Below are positions 57,283 to 64,000 of a DNA stretch of 64,000 nucleotides, piece by piece. The notes under the pieces were generated by a model, which was not told where the DNA came from, searched no databases, and was given only the letters and a program-made list of their open reading frames with translations. A program made the translations under genes and the position numbers. The stretch is taken from NCBI GenBank assembly GCA_009695465.1, contig SIAW01000002.1, positions 8,332 to 72,331 of the forward strand, in the 5' to 3' direction. The stretch's first letter is position 1. Every line of letters starts with the position of its first letter. The DNA comes from Pedosphaera sp. (GTDB lineage: Bacteria > Verrucomicrobiota > Verrucomicrobiia > Limisphaerales > UBA1100).

Positions 57283-57965
57283 CGCGTGGGAGTGGCCTTG
57301 GATGGGCGTCGCTGGGATTCGACAGAGTCGCGCAACGTCCGCACGGCCTGCTTCATGTTGCGCTTGCTGTAGAGATTGCTACCGCTCACAAACGTGTCAG
57401 CGCCCATCGCCGCACATTCTGCGCCCGTAGTGGAGTTGATGCCGCCGTCCACTTCGATCCGATAGCCGAGCGCACGGCGCTGGCGCCATTCCCAAGCCTG
57501 AGCGATTTTGGGCAATGCTTCACGAATGAAAGGCTGGCCACCGAAGCCCGGATTGACGGTCATCACCAGCAGCAGATCAATGTGCGGCAGGAACGGTTCC
57601 ACCTCCGTGATGACGGTGGGGGGATTGATGGCGAGGCCCACTTTGCATCGGAGGGCTTTGATGCGCCAGATGAGGTCCAGTGTTTTATCACCCAGCTCGG
57701 CGTGGATGGTGATCTGATCCGCGCCGGCTTTGACAAAGGGTTCCAGCAAGATGTCGGGGTTCGAGCACATGAGATGGACATCGAAGAAGAGCTTCACTTG
57801 GCTGCGCAAGGCGCGCACGACGTCCGGGCCAAAGCTGATGTTCGGCACGAAGTGGCCGTCCATCACATCCAAGTGCAGCCAATCTGCGCCGGCGCGTTCC
57901 GCGCGTTTGGCCTCGGCGGCGAACTTGCCAAAGTCGCTGGCCAGAAGTGAGGGCGCGATAATCAT
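57279..57965 (-). CDS. rpe: ribulose-phosphate 3-epimerase
   Basis: IAPSLLASDF..LHLDVMDGHFVPNISFG. ATGA overlap with the pgm-like gene. Confidence 0.95.
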   Translation of the reverse strand: MIIAPSLLASDFGKFAAEAKRAERAGADWLHLDVMDGHFVPNISFGPDVVRALRSQVKLFFDVHLMCSNPDILLEPFVKAGADQITIHAELGDKTLDLIWRIKALRCKVGLAINPPTVITEVEPFLPHIDLLLVMTVNPGFGGQPFIREALPKIAQAWEWRQRRALGYRIEVDGGINSTTGAECAAMGADTFVSGSNLYSKRNMKQAVRTLRDSVESQRRPSKATPTR

Positions 57966-58018
57966 GCGGCGAGGGTATGCAAAACCCTTGGGGCGTCAAT
58001 CTGCGCTTGTCCGCAGAA

Positions 58019-60007
58019 TTAAACCGGCGCGGGTGCGGGGGATTGCCCCAAGTCCGGATCCAGAGGCGGCGGACCTTTCTTGGTCACGTTGCCGATAGGC
58101 GTGGCGGCCTCTGCGCCGGCTGGCGGATCGGTGGGAGTGGGGCGGTCGGGCGGGGTGAACTTGCCCGTGCGGACAATCTCTTCGACTTGGCTGCCTTCCA
58201 ACGTTTCAAGTTCCAGCAACGCGTTGGCGATGAGTTCCAGCTTGGCGCGGTTCTCTGCGATTAAAACGGTCGCGCGGGCAAAGCAATCGTTGATGATCGC
58301 CTTCACCTCCGCGTCAATCTCGCGCGAGGTGTTCTCGCTGTAACTTTTGGTGCGCGCCATATCGCGCCCCAGGAAAACAAACTCGCCGTCGTCGCCATAT
58401 TGCACCATGCCCAGGGTCTTGCTCATGCCGAACTGACAGACCATCGCGCGCGCCATCTTGGTGGCCTGCTGGATGTCCCCCGCTGCGCCGGAGGAGATGT
58501 CGTTGGAGAAAATCTCCTCTGCGATGCGCCCGCCCATCGTCATCGTGATCGTGTCGAGCAATTCCAAGCGCTGATAATTGAGGACATCCTCCTTGGGCAG
58601 CGACATCGTTGAGCCGAGGGCTTGTCCGCGCGGGATGATCGTCACCTTGTGCAGCGGATGCGTGTGCTTCAAAATAATGTTCAAAAGCGCGTGCCCTGCC
58701 TCGTGCCACGCGGTGCGCTTCTTGTTCTCAGCGGTCATCGCCAAGCTGCGGCGCTCGCGGCCCCAGCGGACTTTGTCGCGCGCCTCTTCCAATTCCGTGA
58801 GGGTGATGCGGTTTTTGTTTGAGCGCGCGGCCAGCAACGCGGCTTCATTGAGCAGATTGGCCAGCTCCGCGCCCGAGTAGCCCGGCGTGCCACGCGCGAT
58901 GACGGAGAGATCCACGTCCTTGTCCAACTTCACCTTCTTCGCGTGGACTTTGAGGATCTCTTCGCGCCCGCGGATGTCCGGCAGGTTGATCGTGAGTTGC
59001 CGGTCAAAACGGCCGGGACGCAGCAAGGCCGGATCCAGCACATCGGGCCGGTTGGTGGCGGCGATGATGATGATGCCTTCCTGCGAATCAAATCCGTCCA
59101 TCTCCACCAGCAGCGCGTTGAGCGTCTGCTCGCGTTCGTCGTTGCCGCCGCCAAGTCCGTGTCCGCGATGGCGGCCCACCGCATCAATCTCGTCAATGAA
59201 GACGAGGCACGGCGTGGCTTTGCGCGCCTGCTCAAACATGTCGCGCACGCGACTGGCACCAACGCCCACAAACATCTCCACGAAATCCGAGCCGCTGATG
59301 CTGAAGAATGAGGCGTCAGCCTCGCCGGCGATGGCCTTGGCCAAAAGCGTTTTGCCCGTGCCCGGCGCGCCGAACATCAGGATGCCTTTGGGGATGCGCC
59401 CGCCCAGCTTCTGGAATTTCTTGGGGTCCTTCAGGAACTCCACCAACTCGGACACCTCGTCCTTGGCCTCTTCAATGCCGGCCACGTCCTTGAAGGTGAC
59501 CTTGTTTTTGTCGTGGCCCAACAGGCGCGCTTTGCTTTTGCCAAAGTTCATCGCGCCTTTGCCCGCGATCTTGATCTGCCGGATGAAAAAGAAATAGATG
59601 CAGAACACGATGATGAGGAACGGCAGAATCGTGAGGATGAACGAGGTCAGCAGCGTGTTCTCCGGCTTCACCGCGAACTTGCCGGAGGCCAGCAGCGGCG
59701 CCATGTGCGCTTCGGGAATGATGGTCTCGATGCGGAACGGCAGCGGATCGCTCGCGTTGTTGCTGTTGACGTAGTGCCCCGTGATTTCAAAAAGCCCACT
59801 GGGCCGCGGACGGATGACCCCCTTCACCACGCGGCTGGGTTCATTGGTCGCGTTGCGGATGAACTCGTCGTAGGTGGACTCTTTGGTCTGCGTCTTGATC
59901 AACGACGAGCTGGAGAAGAGCACGACGATGAGGAACAGAATGCCCGTATAAACCACCCACGGCCGTATGGAAGGCCCGTCTCGTTTTTCAGAATTGTCTT
60001 CGCTCAT
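58019..60007 (-). CDS. ftsH: ATP-dependent zinc metalloprotease FtsH
   Basis: Walker [22 protein letters not shown] region, and zinc site HEAGHAL. Confidence 0.95.
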   Translation of the reverse strand: MSEDNSEKRDGPSIRPWVVYTGILFLIVVLFSSSSLIKTQTKESTYDEFIRNATNEPSRVVKGVIRPRPSGLFEITGHYVNSNNASDPLPFRIETIIPEAHMAPLLASGKFAVKPENTLLTSFILTILPFLIIVFCIYFFFIRQIKIAGKGAMNFGKSKARLLGHDKNKVTFKDVAGIEEAKDEVSELVEFLKDPKKFQKLGGRIPKGILMFGAPGTGKTLLAKAIAGEADASFFSISGSDFVEMFVGVGASRVRDMFEQARKATPCLVFIDEIDAVGRHRGHGLGGGNDEREQTLNALLVEMDGFDSQEGIIIIAATNRPDVLDPALLRPGRFDRQLTINLPDIRGREEILKVHAKKVKLDKDVDLSVIARGTPGYSGAELANLLNEAALLAARSNKNRITLTELEEARDKVRWGRERRSLAMTAENKKRTAWHEAGHALLNIILKHTHPLHKVTIIPRGQALGSTMSLPKEDVLNYQRLELLDTITMTMGGRIAEEIFSNDISSGAAGDIQQATKMARAMVCQFGMSKTLGMVQYGDDGEFVFLGRDMARTKSYSENTSREIDAEVKAIINDCFARATVLIAENRAKLELIANALLELETLEGSQVEEIVRTGKFTPPDRPTPTDPPAGAEAATPIGNVTKKGPPPLDPDLGQSPAPAPV

Positions 60008-60059
60008 CGTTCGCTACCGGACAGCCAGCCTATCACAGGTGGCGCGCATGAATCAACAT

Positions 60060-61430
60060 CTACAATGTCCGCCAAGTCCAGCGACAGACGCGATGCGTGT
60101 CGGGGCGCACTTTGGCCAACTCCCCCATCCGCAATCCCTGCACCCAAAAGATTTCTCCAGCGTCGGTGGTCGCAATGAGCAGTCGATGTCGCTCGGCTTT
60201 GGGGATTTTTGAGTTGATGAAAAGATCCTGCAACTTCACCGCCGAGGGCATGCCCAGCGGCTGAAAACGATCACCCTGCTGCCAGTGGCGCAACGTGACA
60301 CGTGCCCCCAGTTTGTCGGCATCGAAATGTTCGCAGCCGTTTTTCTTGGCAAGTTTTGCCAGTGGGATTTTGCGGCGCAGAAGGCGGCAGGAAATTTCCC
60401 AGCCCCCAAACTGCAACGCTGGCAAATCGGCAGTGGGATCAAAAGAGAGAGCCGCTTCGCTGCGTGCTTCCTCGGGGGGAATCACCCACTGCAAGATTCC
60501 ATCACGACCACGCACTAATTGGCGGCAAGGCTCCACGGTGATGGGGCGGCCAGAAAAATGGCGCAGATGCTCCACACGTTCAAAATCCGCGGGCACGGCA
60601 AGCTGCGCGAGTTGCTGAAGGATCACCTGCCGTTGGATTGCCGGCGCAAGGCGGGAAAAAGTGGCGCGGCGCTTGGCGCGCAACCAATCCGCAGCCGCAC
60701 GGCTGACGCACGTTGCTTCCAGCGTGATGATTCCCATGGCGCGCAGGACATGCTCATCCATCGCCGGAGAGAGTTCCTTTCGCAGCATCGGCAGTATGGT
60801 GTTCCGGATGCGGTTGCGCAGAAAGCGATCGTTGGCATTGCTGGAGTCTTCGCGGAAAGCGATTTGTTTGGTCGCGGCAAAATCCAGAAGGGTCTGCTTG
60901 CGGATGCCCAACAACGGGCGCACGAGGCTCAACTGTGGATGACCCACGAGCGTGCTTTGTTCCGCGATGCCGGAGAGGCCCGCACCGCCTGCGCCGCGTG
61001 CGAGGTGCAGGAAGAAGGTTTCAATCTGATCATCGGCGTGGTGCGCCATGGCGACGGTGCTGCAGCGCGCGCGTTTGGCAGCCTGTGCCAGAAAGCGGTG
61101 CCGCGCGATGCGCGCCTGCATTTCCAGATTTGCGAGAGGATCGCCATTGCTTTGAGATCGAACCCACTTTCCAGCGATGAGCGAGACGCGTAGTTGCGCA
61201 CAGACCTTTTTCACCAGACGCTGGTCAGCGGCATCTTCTCCGGGACGGAGTTGATGATTGAAATAGGCTGCGGTCAATTTCCAGCGTCGGGCTTTGGCGA
61301 GTTGATGAAGCAGATGCAGCAGCACCATCGAATCTGCACCACCGGAGACTGCGACTAGAATGGCGTTGCCTGCCGGGAAAAGTCTTTTCGCGGAAAGGTG
61401 CGCAGCAACGGAATGCAATAAATCAGGCAT
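60060..61430 (-). CDS. tilS: tRNA(Ile)-lysidine synthase
   Basis: PP-loop VAVSGGADSMVLL. Shows the conserved tilS-ftsH adjacency. Confidence 0.85.
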   Translation of the reverse strand: MPDLLHSVAAHLSAKRLFPAGNAILVAVSGGADSMVLLHLLHQLAKARRWKLTAAYFNHQLRPGEDAADQRLVKKVCAQLRVSLIAGKWVRSQSNGDPLANLEMQARIARHRFLAQAAKRARCSTVAMAHHADDQIETFFLHLARGAGGAGLSGIAEQSTLVGHPQLSLVRPLLGIRKQTLLDFAATKQIAFREDSSNANDRFLRNRIRNTILPMLRKELSPAMDEHVLRAMGIITLEATCVSRAAADWLRAKRRATFSRLAPAIQRQVILQQLAQLAVPADFERVEHLRHFSGRPITVEPCRQLVRGRDGILQWVIPPEEARSEAALSFDPTADLPALQFGGWEISCRLLRRKIPLAKLAKKNGCEHFDADKLGARVTLRHWQQGDRFQPLGMPSAVKLQDLFINSKIPKAERHRLLIATTDAGEIFWVQGLRMGELAKVRPDTHRVCRWTWRTL

Positions 61431-61456
61431 GGAGCGCGCAGGCGAACGCTGGCAGA

Positions 61457-62899
61457 TCAGGCCAGCAGTTTCTTTATGACGCGCCCCTCGACGTCCGTCA
61501 GCCGGAATTGCCGACCTTGAAAACGGAAGGTGAGCTTCTCGTGGTCCAGGCCCAGCAGGTGCAGGAGGGTGGCATGCAGATCATGCACATGGCATTCATC
61601 TTCGATGGCACCAAAACCAAACTCGTCCGTCTCGCCCACGACCGCGCCGCGCCGCGTGCCGCCGCCGGCGAACCACATGCTGAAGGCGTCAATGTGGTGA
61701 TTGCGCCCGGGGTTCTCGCGATTCTCGCCCATGGGCGTGCGGCCAAACTCGCCGCCCCACACCACCAAGGTGTCATCCAAAAGTCCGCGCGCCTTCAGAT
61801 CCAGAATGAGCGCGGCGCAGCCTTGATCCACATCGCGCGTCACGGTGTCCAAGTCTTTGGTCAACGTCTCGCCAGGCCCGCCGTGATGATCCCAACTGGT
61901 GTGGTAAAGCTGGACGAAACGCGTGCCGCGCTCCACCAATCGGCGCGCGAGCAGGCAGTTGTTCGCAAAACTCGCCTGCCCCGGCTTCGCGCCGTACAGA
62001 TCCAGCGTGGCTTTGCTCTCGCCAGAGAGATCGATCAATTCGGGCGCGCTGCTCTGCATCTTAAAAGCCATCTCGTAACTGGCGATGCGTGTGGCGATCT
62101 CGGGATCACCCGTGTCGGCAAGGCGCTTGAGATTGAGTTGGCGAATGGCGTCAATGGATTCGCGCTGGGTTGTTTGAGGAATCCCTGCGGGCGTGGCGAG
62201 ATTCAGGATGGGATCACCACGGCCCGAGAGCGGCACGCCCTGAAATGTCGTGGGCAAAAATCCGCTGCCCCAATTCACACCGCCGCCACGCGGGCCGCGC
62301 GGGCCAGATTGCAGGACCACAAAGGCGGGCAGATTTTGAGACTCGCTGCCGATTCCATAAGCGACCCACGCGCCCATACTGGGCCGGCCAAAAAATCCCG
62401 TGCCGGTGTTCATGAAAAGTTTGGCCGGCGCGTGGTTGAACAGATTGGTGCGGCAAGTCTTTAGCAGCGTGATCTCATCCACGATGCCCGCGATGTGCGG
62501 GAAGAGATCCGAGACCCACGTGCCGCAGCGGCCGTGCTGCTTAAAACTGCGCTTTGCGCCCAGCAATTTGCTGCGGTCTTTGAAGGAGCTGTCCATGAAC
62601 GCAAAGCGTTTGCCCTGCAGATAGGAATCGGGGATCGCCTGTCCGTGCATCGCGGCGAGCTTGGGTTTCCAATCAAACAACTCCAACTGCGACGGGCCGC
62701 CCGCCATGAAAAGATAGATGACGCGCTTTGCCTTGGCCGCGAAATGAGGCATGCGCGGCGCAGTGGGACTGGTCTGCGCGAACAAGCGCGGGTCAGTCAA
62801 ACCCGCCAGCGCGAGTGGGCCTAATCCCATCGCGCAGCGACCGAAGAAATGTCGGCGCGTCGAGGATTGCAGTGCGGCGAGGGAGTTCATGTCATTCAC
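61457..62899 (-). CDS. DUF1501 domain protein (sulfatase-fold, Tat signal)
   Basis: Twin-arginine signal STRRHFFGRCAMGLG. The remainder is typical of the DUF1501 family found abundantly in PVC genomes. Confidence 0.85.
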   Translation of the reverse strand: MNDMNSLAALQSSTRRHFFGRCAMGLGPLALAGLTDPRLFAQTSPTAPRMPHFAAKAKRVIYLFMAGGPSQLELFDWKPKLAAMHGQAIPDSYLQGKRFAFMDSSFKDRSKLLGAKRSFKQHGRCGTWVSDLFPHIAGIVDEITLLKTCRTNLFNHAPAKLFMNTGTGFFGRPSMGAWVAYGIGSESQNLPAFVVLQSGPRGPRGGGVNWGSGFLPTTFQGVPLSGRGDPILNLATPAGIPQTTQRESIDAIRQLNLKRLADTGDPEIATRIASYEMAFKMQSSAPELIDLSGESKATLDLYGAKPGQASFANNCLLARRLVERGTRFVQLYHTSWDHHGGPGETLTKDLDTVTRDVDQGCAALILDLKARGLLDDTLVVWGGEFGRTPMGENRENPGRNHHIDAFSMWFAGGGTRRGAVVGETDEFGFGAIEDECHVHDLHATLLHLLGLDHEKLTFRFQGRQFRLTDVEGRVIKKLLA

Positions 62900-64000
62900 G
62901 TGTGATGACCTCGTCCAAGTTCAACAGCACCCGTGCCACGACCACCCACGGTGCAAGCTCCGTTGGCGGCACCGGCTTGGAAGACTGTGCGCCCACCAGT
63001 TTTTCTGCCAGCTTGGCATCTACGGCGTAGTCGGCTTTCTGTTTTGAAAGTAGTTGTCCCAGCACGGCCAGTTCTGTTGCCGCTGGCTTCCGCGCCGTGC
63101 AAAGTCCGAAGGCGTAATGAAGCCGGCCTTCGTCCGTCGTCGCACCGGACTCGGTTAAAATACGCCGGGCAAAACTGGCGGCCATCTCCACAAACGCGGT
63201 GTCGTTGAGCAGCGTCAACGCCTGCAGCGGCGTGTTGGAACGCGCGCGCCGCGTGCAGACACTGTAACCGTCGGGCGCGTCAAAGAGGTTGAGCGCGGGG
63301 TGAGGCGTGGCGCGAAAATAAAACGTGTAGAGCCCGCGGCGATAACGATCCTCACCAGTGCTGACAGGCCACGCGCGCTTGACTTGGCCCAGCGCCATCA
63401 CGCCGTCGGGGATCGGCGGATGCACGCTCGGCCCGCCCATCTTCGGCGAAAGCAGCCCGCTGGTGGCGAGACAAACATCGCGCACCAATTCAGCGTCCAG
63501 CCGCAGCCGGTTCTGCCGGGCCAGTAGATAATTGTTGGCATCGCGCAGGTTCAACTCAGGGCGCATGCGCGAGGATTGCCGGTAAGTCTCGCTGGAGAGG
63601 ATGAGGCGGTGCAGATGTTTAAGCGACCACGGCGTGGCACCGGGCGCGGTGGGCTGCATGAATTCCATCGCCAACCAGTCAAGCAATTCCGGATGCGTTG
63701 GCCGCGTGCCTTGCGTGCCAAAATCGTTTTCTGTCTCGACCAAGCCTTTGCCAAAATATTGCTGCCAGACGCGGTTGACGATGACGCGCGCGGTGAGCGG
63801 GTTGTCGCGGGCCACTAGCCAGTGCGCGAGATCCAGACGGTTCGGTGCGGGCTTTTTGATCGGGTGCAGAATGGCCGGCACGCCCGACGGGATGTCGCCG
63901 CCATCGCGGGTGAAGTCGCCTTTGACGAACAGGTACGTGCGGCGCGGCGTGGCGCGAGTGCGCATGACCATCGTGGTTTGCACCTCGGGTTTTGCAGCGC
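62892..64000 (-). CDS. DUF1553 (PSD1) domain protein; N-terminal part lies outside the window
   Basis: LFVKGDF..NRLDLAHWLV..NPLTARVIVNRVWQQYFGKGLV..DFGTQG..PTHPELLDWLA. The frame stays open upstream of the listed GTG to position 64000. The stop overlaps the DUF1501 start by 8 nt. Confidence 0.8.
   Translation of the reverse strand, partial: AAKPEVQTTMVMRTRATPRRTYLFVKGDFTRDGGDIPSGVPAILHPIKKPAPNRLDLAHWLVARDNPLTARVIVNRVWQQYFGKGLVETENDFGTQGTRPTHPELLDWLAMEFMQPTAPGATPWSLKHLHRLILSSETYRQSSRMRPELNLRDANNYLLARQNRLRLDAELVRDVCLATSGLLSPKMGGPSVHPPIPDGVMALGQVKRAWPVSTGEDRYRRGLYTFYFRATPHPALNLFDAPDGYSVCTRRARSNTPLQALTLLNDTAFVEMAASFARRILTESGATTDEGRLHYAFGLCTARKPAATELAVLGQLLSKQKADYAVDAKLAEKLVGAQSSKPVPPTELAPWVVVARVLLNLDEVITRE

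Overview
GC-rich bacterial chromosomal segment, densely packed with genes (largest intergenic gap about 200 bp). Nearly all of it is conserved housekeeping content.

Gene content, in order:
- ArsS-like radical SAM (partial), SDR, and glutathione peroxidase.
- Tandem alpha/beta-hydrolase.
- Cell-shape cluster on the minus strand: mreB-mreC-mreD-mrdA-rodA followed by an RNase E/G gene.
- tRNA-Met(CAU).
- rpsO-pnp.
- lpxC/fabZ fusion and lpxA.
- PHP-type histidinol phosphatase.
- purA.
- uppS-cdsA-dxr-rseP-ispG.
- recO, ybeY, phoH, a HIT protein, and a large soluble hybrid histidine kinase.
- accD, comF, and a CPBP protease.
- Kinase-like protein, amidohydrolase, and BASS transporter.
- tRNA-Ser(GCU), a lipoprotein, and thrC.
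- lysS.
- Dabb and FHA proteins.
- carA, a thioredoxin-like protein, and pyrC.
- tRNA-Gly(UCC).
- DUF2064 protein, a Gfo/Idh/MocA oxidoreductase, leuD-like, and MOSC.
- serS and glgA.
- lepA-lepB.
- An 8-bladed PQQ/BamB-like lipoprotein.
- pgm-rpe.
- ftsH and tilS.
- A DUF1501/DUF1553 pair that runs off the 3' edge.

Likely origin: the DUF1501/DUF1553 pair, the LpxC-FabZ fusion, the long IspG and the oversized LepB together suggest the PVC superphylum, probably Verrucomicrobiota. This is inference, not a search result.

Not found: rRNA, CRISPR array, transposase, integrase or prophage, recognisable defence island, or biosynthetic gene cluster. I cannot honestly point to a clear novel system here.

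Most worth a second look:
- A kinase-dead-looking Hanks kinase heading a lactonase-like/BASS transporter operon.
- A promoter plus intrinsic-terminator leader in front of purA.
- A duplicated alpha/beta-hydrolase whose first copy has lost its nucleophile.
- tRNA genes with almost no 5' leader or 3' spacer, including a tRNA-Ser abutting an mRNA start.
- A probable leaderless serS.
- Two unlinked members of the rSAM/selenodomain (arsenosugar-type) gene set.

Many very long ORFs in the track (up to 1431 aa) are antisense shadow ORFs typical of GC-rich DNA and were rejected. Several track ORFs were trimmed at the 5' end to homology-supported starts.
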